64,000 bases of DNA from Fibrobacterales bacterium. Its GTDB lineage: Bacteria > Fibrobacterota > Fibrobacteria > Fibrobacterales > JAOPTW01. A program made the translations under genes and the position numbers. Positions 16,364 through 26,007 of this stretch are shown here, one piece after another. Positions within the stretch are counted from its first letter, which is position 1. The number at the start of each line of letters is the position of its first letter. A model generated the notes under the pieces. It did no database searches and had not been told where the DNA came from. It saw nothing but the letters and a program-made list of their open reading frames with translations. Location: positions 128,001 to 192,000 of the forward strand of contig JAOPTX010000007.1 in NCBI GenBank assembly GCA_051532055.1, read 5' to 3'.

Positions 16364-19300
16364 ATGCTTCAACATGATAAAACCCTTCAGGGTAATGAAC
16401 TGATGTTAATACATCTGCGTAGTGATGGAAAAATTCACTGGGCTGATGAAAATTTTCTGAGATATATGTCTATTCAAGACATTGACGTTATTGGAGTACA
16501 TAAAGATGTCCTCTATCAGTCTCCCCAGATCAGTATTGCAAATATTATTATTCACACTCCCATTGATATTGATCGCCGCGTAGAAGCTGTTGATGAACAA
16601 GGTGACCTGTTTGAAGTCAAGATTACTTGGAAGAAGAGTGAAGCACACATAGTCATTGAAAATATAGACCGAAAAAAACTCATTAAGAAAGAGACGGTCT
16701 TTGGCAAATTTACCCTTATAGAAAAGATTGGACGAGGTGGCACTGCAGAGGTATGGAAAGCACGTGATGATGACTGGGGCTTAGTCGTTGCTGTTAAAAA
16801 AATGATTGCGGGAACCCATGCCAGCAAAGAGAATATCAAACGGTTTTTAAAAGAAGCCGAGCTAATGAAGCGCCTCAACCACAATAACATTTGTCACATT
16901 CATGAAGTAGGCCAACACGAAGGGGTATACTACATATCAATGGAGTATATTGATGGCATTGATCTCAATGATTTCATTCTTTCAAATACCTTCTTACAGC
17001 TTAAACAGAAATTTAAAATTGTGAAAGATGTACTCTCAGCAGTACAGCACGCTCATGATAACGACATCATTCACCGCGACCTCAAGCCTGCTAATATTAT
17101 GATGCGCAACAATGGTGAGCCGGTGGTTATGGATTTCGGCTTGGCACGAATTATCAATACCGAGCACACTATTACTCTAGATGATCAGGTTGTTGGGACT
17201 GTAGACTGGATGTCTCCTGAACAAGCTCAGGCTTCAAATGACGTCGATGAACGAAGTGATATATTTTCTGTTGGCGCCATCATGTATTATCTGATAACAG
17301 GGCAAAAATGGTTTAACAGTAGTGGCAACATTTTTCGCGATACAAAACTGATCCAGAAAAAAGAATTGGTTCCACCACGGTTACTCCAACCAACCCTCGC
17401 CAAAAGTATTGAAACAATTATTTTAAAAGCAATGGACAAAAGTCCTCGCAGGCGCTATCAATCTGCCATAAACTTTTTGGGAGATATAGTCCGTTTTGAA
17501 AAGAATCAGCGGATTACTGCCCGGAAACCAACAGTCCTTCATCGTTTACATAAAAAATACAAGCACAACCCCGTCTACTTTTGGGCTCTATTTTGTATCG
17601 CTTCCATCCTTATACTTTCATCGGTATTATTGTATGGTCAAAGACTCAAAGAACTCGCTACATGGGACCTCATCTTTTACGAAGATTTTAGTAGCTATGA
17701 CTCCCCAGCTGATGTCAATCAACACTGGATTGGCTATAGTGCTGATAGTTATACCTGGTCTAAAGGAATGATCAAAAGCTTTACCTTCACTGACTCATCA
17801 TTCTGGCACCTCGACTCAGGTGTTTTTACCAGCGACTTATCAAAGAGTAATATTTTCTGTGCAAACCTCACCTATAAAGATCGACTCCCTGGTAATATCC
17901 GCGTAGAGTGGAAGATGAAAGGTTTTGAACACAACCTCAATTATGATGCGTATATCGCTGGTGAAACACGATTTGATGGATACACCTTCCATCTCGGCGG
18001 CTGGGACAATGAGCAGTATTTTGTACTCACCAAAGGCAAAGACGCTCTCATTCTCGATTACTCAATACAAGACACCCCTCTCGAAACCAATCGAGAATAT
18101 GAGTTTGTCATGGAGAAAGAAGATAAACACATACGGCTCTATATGGATGGATCACTTATTTTTGATTATTTTGATTACAATATCTTATCGGGTGAACGTA
18201 ATCAAAGTTTTGGATTTGACAACTGCCTTAAACATACACAACAGGTGTATGATATAAAAGTGTATACCCAAGCTATTGCACAAAAAATATCTCCCATCTC
18301 TATTGGTGACGCTTTTTTTGCTAAAGAGCAGTACCAAAATGCCTATGACCAATACCATCAATTGATGAATGCTTATTCTGGTTCAAACATAGCAAAAGAG
18401 GCCCATTTCAAAAAAGCGCTCTGTCTTGCAAAACTTAAAAGAGACTCTATCGCTTATACCCTCTTTGAGACATTTGAACAAAGGCATCCTAGTCACGAGC
18501 AAGTCCCCTACTCAATTTATGAAAGAGCTCTCATCTTTCAACGAAAAGGTGAACCACAACAAGAAAAACTCCTGTACCAAGAGCTTTCAGTTCGGTTTCC
18601 AGGACACCCCTTATTAAAACCAATATTTTTTAATAAAGGTACCGCTCTCCTAAATGAGTTACATCTACTCAACACAACTAATCACGACTCGATTGTTTCA
18701 ACAATTCTTTCAAAACTAGATCAAGTTAAAATATGGGCACAGCTCTTTGATCTCGACTTTGAAAACAACCCCTTTTCTCAGCCCGTCTTTACACAACTCC
18801 TTAATCTAAAAGAGTATGACATCATCCTTAAACACTTTAACAATCCTCGCTATATACACATATACGACAAATATGCTCAACTCCTTTATAGAATGCAGAC
18901 TTACGACTCTATTAAGAGTGTCGATAATTATACCAAAAAACTTATTGCCTTATCCCACCTCAGACAACGCAACTATAAAGCTCTTAAAAAAAGTATCAGT
19001 ACCTACGCTGGGCACGATGATGTTCTCGCCACACTCTTTGGTATGAATGCCCCTCCTCAACTCTTTACTCACTTCATCGATGAACCACAATTTCAGCCAC
19101 AATATTTCTCCTATTACTACACCAGTGGCCAATCAGCTCACTTAAAAAATTTAGACTCGTTAAGTGACATTCAAACAGCCTATGCACGTACGGCTCTCAC
19201 CGAATTCGATGAAGCCCTTGCACTTCCAGAACACCCAAATGGACTTAAAAAATGGTATCACGCCATGAATACTCGGGTCCCTTTTCCCATCACGGCAACC

Positions 19301-19921
19301 ACTCCACTATTACACTATTCACTCTCTACCGCACAAGACCTTAAATGGGCTACCAATCCACAATTCAGAAACACTCTACCAAGTCTTGATCGACATAATA
19401 AGGCTGATAGTGCTCTCAACTTTGATGATTCTCATTTTATAGACACCCCACAGTATGCTTCACTCCCAAATAGCATAACCATTAGCGCATGGATCAACCC
19501 TTCAACCGTTCCGACCAATAGAACCAGCACAATATTATCTCTCCTTCTCGACAATACAGAAAGTATCACTCTCAACCTTAAAAATATTAAGAGCCACTTT
19601 CATTTTGAGGTTGTAGAGACAAAGGAAGTAGAAACGACCAACTTTAATTCATTTTGCGAATCAACCCTCAGTGCTTGGACTCATCTTACCCTTGTTATTT
19701 CAGAAGAGGATCACCACTATACGTTGTATATAAATGGCATGTTTGATTCATATATTCCAAGAGTACAATCACTCAATAGCTCATCGCTCAGCCGAGTCTA
19801 TATTGGAACCGATGCCCACTCAAAAATCCAGTTTTTCAATGGGTCAATCGATGATGTTTCAATATTTGGGAGTGCGTTAAACCCAAAAGAAGTTCAAGCC
19901 CTCTTTCACTCAGAACAATAA
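16364..19921 (+). CDS. Membrane Hanks-type Ser/Thr kinase with extracytoplasmic lectin-like, TPR-like and LamG-like domains
   Basis: GRGGTAEV, VAVK, HRDLKPAN, DFG, WMSPEQ; TM VYFWALFCIASILILSSVLLY; TPR-like helices; C-terminal TISAWI...WTHL...LYING...IG....FNGSIDDVSIF...L. Confidence 0.9.
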   Translation: MLQHDKTLQGNELMLIHLRSDGKIHWADENFLRYMSIQDIDVIGVHKDVLYQSPQISIANIIIHTPIDIDRRVEAVDEQGDLFEVKITWKKSEAHIVIENIDRKKLIKKETVFGKFTLIEKIGRGGTAEVWKARDDDWGLVVAVKKMIAGTHASKENIKRFLKEAELMKRLNHNNICHIHEVGQHEGVYYISMEYIDGIDLNDFILSNTFLQLKQKFKIVKDVLSAVQHAHDNDIIHRDLKPANIMMRNNGEPVVMDFGLARIINTEHTITLDDQVVGTVDWMSPEQAQASNDVDERSDIFSVGAIMYYLITGQKWFNSSGNIFRDTKLIQKKELVPPRLLQPTLAKSIETIILKAMDKSPRRRYQSAINFLGDIVRFEKNQRITARKPTVLHRLHKKYKHNPVYFWALFCIASILILSSVLLYGQRLKELATWDLIFYEDFSSYDSPADVNQHWIGYSADSYTWSKGMIKSFTFTDSSFWHLDSGVFTSDLSKSNIFCANLTYKDRLPGNIRVEWKMKGFEHNLNYDAYIAGETRFDGYTFHLGGWDNEQYFVLTKGKDALILDYSIQDTPLETNREYEFVMEKEDKHIRLYMDGSLIFDYFDYNILSGERNQSFGFDNCLKHTQQVYDIKVYTQAIAQKISPISIGDAFFAKEQYQNAYDQYHQLMNAYSGSNIAKEAHFKKALCLAKLKRDSIAYTLFETFEQRHPSHEQVPYSIYERALIFQRKGEPQQEKLLYQELSVRFPGHPLLKPIFFNKGTALLNELHLLNTTNHDSIVSTILSKLDQVKIWAQLFDLDFENNPFSQPVFTQLLNLKEYDIILKHFNNPRYIHIYDKYAQLLYRMQTYDSIKSVDNYTKKLIALSHLRQRNYKALKKSISTYAGHDDVLATLFGMNAPPQLFTHFIDEPQFQPQYFSYYYTSGQSAHLKNLDSLSDIQTAYARTALTEFDEALALPEHPNGLKKWYHAMNTRVPFPITATTPLLHYSLSTAQDLKWATNPQFRNTLPSLDRHNKADSALNFDDSHFIDTPQYASLPNSITISAWINPSTVPTNRTSTILSLLLDNTESITLNLKNIKSHFHFEVVETKEVETTNFNSFCESTLSAWTHLTLVISEEDHHYTLYINGMFDSYIPRVQSLNSSSLSRVYIGTDAHSKIQFFNGSIDDVSIFGSALNPKEVQALFHSEQ

Positions 19922-19930
19922 CCAAGATAT

Positions 19931-19960
19931 AAAAAAGGCCAGTATAAAATATACCGACCT
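19931..19960 (-). terminator. Intrinsic terminator downstream of the topoisomerase gene
   Basis: Minus strand AGGTCGGTAT-atttt-ATACTGGCCTTTTTT (G-U pairs). Confidence 0.65.
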
Positions 19961-20009
19961 ACATTGAATAGCTACATTAGAATATGAGGCTCAAATGACG
20001 AGCCATCTA

Positions 20010-22688
20010 TTATGATTTCTTTTTGACTGCTTTCTTAGTTGCTTTTTTAGCGACCTTCTTTTTGGCTACTTTTTTCTTCGCTACTTTCTTCTTTGCAGCT
20101 TTTTTAGTTGCCTTCTTCTTCGCTACTTTTTTCTTCGCCACTTTCTTTTTAACGACCTTCTTCTTAGCCGTAGCCTCTGCTTCAACCTCTTGTGCTACAC
20201 CTTTTGCATCAGCATCACCTTCAGCAGCAGCAGCCTTCTTCCCTTTACGTGGAGGGAACGAGAATTTTATTTTCCCTTTAGCATCGAACTCGAGAAAAGC
20301 ATCAAAGAGACGTTTAGTCTTAGTAGAACGCATCCCTTCAATAACATCAGTCTTTTCACCCGCAAGCATTTTTTGCATATTTTCAAGAGTAATTTCTTTA
20401 CCCAAAATAATGCGATTTATACGAAGACCCGTTTTCTCTTTAGCGATCTGAGACTTTGAAATATAAATGGTATCGGTCTGATAGACTTCTGAATCATCAG
20501 TATGAGATTTGCCCACATAAGTCGCTGCATTAAGATCAATTTGGTCATCATCATCTTCATTATTACCAAAATCAAAAGCAATCTTGTACTCTTCAGAGAG
20601 TTTTATACTTGCTGTAAATGGATTACCTCTTTTTGAACGGAACCCTTCCATTGGACCAATCTGTTTATCATTCATCAGAGTCTCAATCTCTTCAGGAGCC
20701 ATTTGTCGCCCGCCCATCATACGACGCAATTTAATTTCGCCATCTTCTGAGACATACCGAGAGATTGTTTGATACCATTTTTGGCCACCATGATTAATAG
20801 GGACTTCAAACTTAGTCGAGTCCTCATCAAACCCTTTGACTTTCGAGACAATTCCTTCAGCTGACTTCACAATCTCTTTCATGAAATCTTTACGAGTCAA
20901 TTTCCCTTGCTCAATCAATGCAAGTTTATGTTCCCATTCACCGGTTAACTCTGGTGAACGAAGAGCTTCGATCTCCATTGCGCCAATAAGACGTAACAAT
21001 TCAATTGCTTTTACTGTAGGGATAAGTTCACGGTCCTCACGAACCATATACTTATCACTCACCAATTTTTCAATGATAGCAGCACGAGTCGCCGGTGTTC
21101 CCAGACCCCGTTCTTTCATAGCATCGGCAAGTTCATCATCCTCAACAAGTTTACCCGCCCCTTCCATTGCAGAGAGAAGAGTTGACTCTGTAAATCGCGC
21201 AGGTGGTTTCGTTTGATCGTACTCTTTGAGCACCTCTTTAGAGGCAACACTTCCAGGATCAGAAAGAGCCTGTAAAAATTTCTCTCCAGAGCTCTCATTA
21301 TTATAAATCGCACGCCAACCTGGTACTTCAAGTACTTTACCTTCTGTCTTGAAGTTTTCACCTTCGACCACAGATATACGTGTAGTATTTAAAAAGCGAG
21401 CAGGAGGGAAAAAGACACCAAGAAACCGTTGTACCACCATTGTATAAATCTTCTCTTCTTGATCAGAGAGTTTTTTAGGTGATGCTGTTGTTGGAATAAT
21501 AGCATGGTGATCCGATATCTTTGCATTATTAAAAATGCGTTTATCGGGTTTAATAAATCCTTTGCTCAGAGCCTCTTTTGCATACTTTCCAAACTGGCTT
21601 GAGTCACCAAGGTGCTCAAATGTTTGCTCGACCTGAGGAATATAGTCTTCAGGGAGGCACTTAGAATCGGTTCTTGGATAGGTGAGCATTTTATGTTTTT
21701 CGTAGAGAGACTGTACTATTGAAAGGGTTCCTCTCGCAGAGAAACCAAAGCGACTATTTGCTTCACGTTGTAAACTCGTCAAATCATAGAGTGGCGGGCA
21801 CTTAGAAGTTGATGGTTTTGCAGTCTCTGTAACGTCTGCAGGCTTACCACTACATTTATTTTTAATCTCTTCAGCGCTTGCTTCGTCCCAAACTCTATCA
21901 GCACGACCAATAGGATTTGTTTCATCTTTTTTAAAGGTAGGGTCATACCATTTACCTTGATAGAGTCCCTCTTTAGAATCAAAATCAGCAGTAAGAGTCC
22001 AATAATCCGTTGGAACAAACTTATTCCTTGCGCGTTCTCTATCAACAATCATACTCAAGGTTGGTGTCTGAACTCTACCACATGGGGTCAAGTGAAACCC
22101 ACCAAACTTATTATTATACCCTGTTAGCCCTCGTGAACCATTAATACCAATAATCCAATCCGCTTCAGATCGACATTTTGCTGCATCAGCCAGATTAATC
22201 ATCTCTTCATCAGTTCTGAGATTGGCAAATCCACGTTGAATTGCCTCTTTTGTCATAGATTGAAGCCAGAGCCTACTCATTTTTTTGTTGAGTTTACGCT
22301 TCTCTTCTACCTTATCCATTATGTAGCGAAAGATCAATTCACCTTCGCGGCCCGCATCACAAGCATTAATAATATGGGTTACTTCTTTATTCCGGATGAG
22401 TTTCGAAAGAGCATTATATTGAACTTTACTTCGGTCAATAGTCTTAAGCTTATACTCTTTAGGAATAATAGGAAGCCATTTTAGAGCCCAGCTCTTATAC
22501 TGCTCGTCCATTTCACGTGGATCACACAATGTAACAAGGTGACCAACAGCATATGAGACAATATAAGAGTCACTCACATAGTGTGTTTTCTCTTTAGTAA
22601 ATGTCCCTGGTAATACTTTGGTTAAGTCTGCTGCGACACTTGGTTTTTCCGCGATAACAAGAGTCAATTCTTGATTATTTTCGGCCAT
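20010..22688 (-). CDS. topB: DNA topoisomerase III (type IA) with Lys/Ala-rich C-terminal tail
   Basis: IAEKPSVA, NACDAGREGELIF, GRVQTPTL, TYPRTDS active-site Tyr, GLGTPATRAAIIE, C-terminal repeats and KKKVAKKK tail. Confidence 0.9.
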   Translation of the reverse strand: MAENNQELTLVIAEKPSVAADLTKVLPGTFTKEKTHYVSDSYIVSYAVGHLVTLCDPREMDEQYKSWALKWLPIIPKEYKLKTIDRSKVQYNALSKLIRNKEVTHIINACDAGREGELIFRYIMDKVEEKRKLNKKMSRLWLQSMTKEAIQRGFANLRTDEEMINLADAAKCRSEADWIIGINGSRGLTGYNNKFGGFHLTPCGRVQTPTLSMIVDRERARNKFVPTDYWTLTADFDSKEGLYQGKWYDPTFKKDETNPIGRADRVWDEASAEEIKNKCSGKPADVTETAKPSTSKCPPLYDLTSLQREANSRFGFSARGTLSIVQSLYEKHKMLTYPRTDSKCLPEDYIPQVEQTFEHLGDSSQFGKYAKEALSKGFIKPDKRIFNNAKISDHHAIIPTTASPKKLSDQEEKIYTMVVQRFLGVFFPPARFLNTTRISVVEGENFKTEGKVLEVPGWRAIYNNESSGEKFLQALSDPGSVASKEVLKEYDQTKPPARFTESTLLSAMEGAGKLVEDDELADAMKERGLGTPATRAAIIEKLVSDKYMVREDRELIPTVKAIELLRLIGAMEIEALRSPELTGEWEHKLALIEQGKLTRKDFMKEIVKSAEGIVSKVKGFDEDSTKFEVPINHGGQKWYQTISRYVSEDGEIKLRRMMGGRQMAPEEIETLMNDKQIGPMEGFRSKRGNPFTASIKLSEEYKIAFDFGNNEDDDDQIDLNAATYVGKSHTDDSEVYQTDTIYISKSQIAKEKTGLRINRIILGKEITLENMQKMLAGEKTDVIEGMRSTKTKRLFDAFLEFDAKGKIKFSFPPRKGKKAAAAEGDADAKGVAQEVEAEATAKKKVVKKKVAKKKVAKKKATKKAAKKKVAKKKVAKKKVAKKATKKAVKKKS

Positions 22689-22870
22689 AATTTAAAAAAC
22701 TCGTTTTAGGGTATTGTGACTCATTAAACAATAATCAGTCAGTGTATTTACCCGTACATAACAATTTCACCCCTAAAACGTCTTGCTTTAGGGCACCAAT
22801 AAGATACTTCATATTTACTAAATTCAAAGAAAAATAAAGGGATTAATTTAAGCTCCCCCTTAAAAATAGT

Positions 22871-23257
22871 CTACTCTTCCTCAAAAATCTCTGATAATGT
22901 AAGCTTAAAGTCCTCTACAAAATCTTCATTTGCAAATTTAAGGGGTTTTTCAATATACCCCTTAGCACCAAGCTTCATGCATTCAAGCATAGTATTCCCC
23001 TTTAATGCTGAAATTATGAGAACATTCATATCGGGAAACTCAATAGAGAGCTCATTTAAGGTCGTTTTACCATCCTTATTGGGCATCGTAATATCTAAAG
23101 TAAGTAGATCTGGTTGATATTTTCGATAATATTTAACCGCATCATTGCCGTCATTACCAGTAGCAAGGACTTTATAACCCATTTTTTCGGTAAAAAACCA
23201 CACCAACTGCTCAAGCTGGAAATCTGAATCATCAATAAGTACTACTGATTTTGACAT
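22871..23257 (-). CDS. Single-domain CheY-like response regulator
   Basis: LIDDS, LTLDITMP, ISA, IEKP receiver motifs. Confidence 0.92.
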   Translation of the reverse strand: MSKSVVLIDDSDFQLEQLVWFFTEKMGYKVLATGNDGNDAVKYYRKYQPDLLTLDITMPNKDGKTTLNELSIEFPDMNVLIISALKGNTMLECMKLGAKGYIEKPLKFANEDFVEDFKLTLSEIFEEE

Positions 23258-23263
23258 ACTATC

Positions 23264-25846
23264 CTATACTGATAAGCGGGGAGCTCGTATTGTAAATACT
23301 GCACCCTCACCTTTGGCCGAAGAAAGATCAATGGTCCCCCCAAGGCGTTTTACATTCCGTGCGACAACTGACATCCCCACTCCCCTTCCAGAAGTTATGC
23401 TTACCTCTTCTTTTTGGGAAAGGTCCTGGAGGAATATTAAATTTACTTTTTCTTTATCTGAAAGCCTATCTAAATCTTCGGGAACGATCAATTTTTGTTC
23501 AAGAGCTTTTTGAGCTATCTGCTCCGGATCAATGCCGATTCCATTATCCTTAACAATAAACTGTTCTTCATCTATTTGTAAATTATAAACCAACTTTACA
23601 ACAAATGACCCCTCTGTTTTACCTTCACAGCCATGATCAAATGCATTTTTTATTAATTGCACCAGTGCATCATCATACCGACTAAAAGTATCGGGGTGCA
23701 ATTCAATATCAGAAGAAACTACTTCAAGCTTCGCAGGTACTTGGAGTCTGTTATAAAATTTTTCCGCAAGATCATGATATTTTTTGGTTAAAAAGTGAGG
23801 TGATTTATATTGCATAGTAGTACAAAGCTTAAGAAGGTCTTGATAGAGATCTTCATTAAATCCATTTCTCAGGGTCCCTATAGCACCCATAATTCGAGAG
23901 ACTTTCGATTTCGACACATCTATATACTCTTCTTCAGGTTTAAAGAGAAGTCTAAAGAGTTGTTCCAATTTATCCATACTTTCAACAAGCTCTTCTACCC
24001 CTTCGCGAAAATCTGAAACCATATCTTCACGGCTCAGTGAGCCTATCTTAAAAGTGTGAAGAATCTCTTCGGAGGTATGCGCATACAAACTCACATCTAC
24101 AAATCCCAAGCTGCCGGCATTACCCTTAATAGTATGCAGTTCATCCATCCAAACACTAGCCTTATAATCATCTTTAAATTGCGAAAGTTCAGATAATATA
24201 AAACGCACCCGTTTGTGAGAGTCTGTCAGAAAATCATTAATAATACTTCTTGAATTTTTAACGAGGGCGATAATTGTCTGAACTTCCCGCTCATTCTTCT
24301 CGCGCTCTATCTCAATTCTATTTTCAACTTCAATATCTTCACTCACATCGCGAGCAAGTACCATTATTTTATTGAGCACCCCTGTTTTTTGATCAAAAAG
24401 GGGCTGAAAGTTGAGGTCAACATATTTCACCGACTCATCGTCATGCTCTATTTCGACTTCTGTTAGGGAGAGTAGCTTTTGCAGTTTTGACCACCGCATT
24501 TTCCCATGCTTCTCTTTAACCAGTTCAAGCCACGACATGAAGTCTTTCAATTCTTGGTCGGTCAATCTAAATATCTCAGTAAGTGAGGTATTTTGAAACT
24601 GTTCTATCTCAAGAATCTCTGTTGTTTGTTTAGAACACTCTGGGTTTATTGAACCGTCAAGATTAATCGTAAAGAGCCCCTGATAGATATTATCCATGAT
24701 CTCTTTGAGTTGCTGAATCTTTTCTTCAACTAAAAATTCGAGATCATCAGTGTAGTTCTTAAGCTTAGAACGCATAAACTCTACATTTTGAGCAAGATAC
24801 CCGAGTTCATCATTCCCTGTCTTAATGCGCACTTCACTCTTTAAATTTCCATCTGCAATTTGCCGAGTGGCATCAGTAATTTGCTTAATGGGTGTTACCA
24901 GCTTTTTAGTAACAACAAGAGTTATCAATGTAGCGATGATCACAATTGCAATGACAATCAGAATCAATACATTAAGAGCATTATCTACTTCAGCAGTTAT
25001 CTCCTTAAGTGGGACCTGTATAATAATTCCAATGTTTTGCTGGGGCATAATACGACACACTGCAAAATAATCCACTCCATCTTCATTATACCTGAGATAC
25101 TCAGATCCACTTCCGTCAATAATCGCTTTAACGGGTGCACTTGCAATAAATATCTGACGAGCTAAGGAGTCTTTTCTTAAGTGTTGAATTTTTCTTTTAT
25201 CTGGATGAGATACCAAAACCCCTTCGCGAGTCACTATATAAGCAAAGCCACTTTGGCCAATTTTTCTAGAGTCCGCAACACTCCAAAGGCGACGTAGCGA
25301 GATATCTGCTACAACAAACCCAGGTGCATTATAACCTTGAAAGTATTGAACGATCGAGGTATGCGGGAGATCATACTTCCACATTATGTTATTAGCATAA
25401 TACACTGATGTCCACCTATCCGTATAGGAATTAAGTGTTAGTTCATTTTTTCGATTTTTTAGAGTGGTGCTCAATCTGTTTGTTACGAGCTCTTGCCCTG
25501 AAGAGTCAAGTACTGCCAATTTTTCAGTAATTGAGAAAAAGAGGTTCATCTCATCTCGTTTAATCTCTGCAATCATTTTTGATTGATCCAAAGTACGGAT
25601 GGTACTGATAGAAGAAACAATCGCAACACTTTGTTCAATAGGTTCAAACTGAGATTCGATCTGTGAAACTAATTGATCAGCGCTATTAATAGTGCTCTCT
25701 TCCACCCGTTGAATCAATGAACGCTCAAAGTCTTGTAGAATTACAAAGCTTACCAACAGCACTGAAATAATCGAAACTCCAAGCGTAAGTGCTAGAAGCT
25801 TTCCATGTATACCATTAAAACGTAAGAAAGTTTTTTGTATCCCCAT
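23264..25846 (-). CDS. Membrane sensor kinase: dCache-HAMP-(PAS-like)-Hpt-CheA-type HATPase
   Basis: Two TM segments around a Cache-like region (GFAYIVTREGVLVSHPD); HAMP (PIKQI...GNL....DELGYLA); Hpt LHTIKGNAGSLG; CheA-like IKNAFDHG, DNGIGID, SGRGVGM; no CheW domain. Confidence 0.88.
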   Translation of the reverse strand: MGIQKTFLRFNGIHGKLLALTLGVSIISVLLVSFVILQDFERSLIQRVEESTINSADQLVSQIESQFEPIEQSVAIVSSISTIRTLDQSKMIAEIKRDEMNLFFSITEKLAVLDSSGQELVTNRLSTTLKNRKNELTLNSYTDRWTSVYYANNIMWKYDLPHTSIVQYFQGYNAPGFVVADISLRRLWSVADSRKIGQSGFAYIVTREGVLVSHPDKRKIQHLRKDSLARQIFIASAPVKAIIDGSGSEYLRYNEDGVDYFAVCRIMPQQNIGIIIQVPLKEITAEVDNALNVLILIVIAIVIIATLITLVVTKKLVTPIKQITDATRQIADGNLKSEVRIKTGNDELGYLAQNVEFMRSKLKNYTDDLEFLVEEKIQQLKEIMDNIYQGLFTINLDGSINPECSKQTTEILEIEQFQNTSLTEIFRLTDQELKDFMSWLELVKEKHGKMRWSKLQKLLSLTEVEIEHDDESVKYVDLNFQPLFDQKTGVLNKIMVLARDVSEDIEVENRIEIEREKNEREVQTIIALVKNSRSIINDFLTDSHKRVRFILSELSQFKDDYKASVWMDELHTIKGNAGSLGFVDVSLYAHTSEEILHTFKIGSLSREDMVSDFREGVEELVESMDKLEQLFRLLFKPEEEYIDVSKSKVSRIMGAIGTLRNGFNEDLYQDLLKLCTTMQYKSPHFLTKKYHDLAEKFYNRLQVPAKLEVVSSDIELHPDTFSRYDDALVQLIKNAFDHGCEGKTEGSFVVKLVYNLQIDEEQFIVKDNGIGIDPEQIAQKALEQKLIVPEDLDRLSDKEKVNLIFLQDLSQKEEVSITSGRGVGMSVVARNVKRLGGTIDLSSAKGEGAVFTIRAPRLSV

Positions 25847-26007
25847 CCAGACCTAGTACGAAGTAAAATGCGGCACAATAGTGTGCATACAACTCATCTA
25901 CCCTATATAGCAGATTGAGCTAACACAAAATAATCAAAATATTTATGCCACTTTGGTTATATTTAAATAATATATTAAAATACAGATACTCTGTATCAAT
26001 TTCGGCA

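Noticed and set aside
20023..20451. Phe/Ala-rich hydrophobic ORF on +
   Set aside because: Antisense shadow of the Lys-rich topoisomerase tail.
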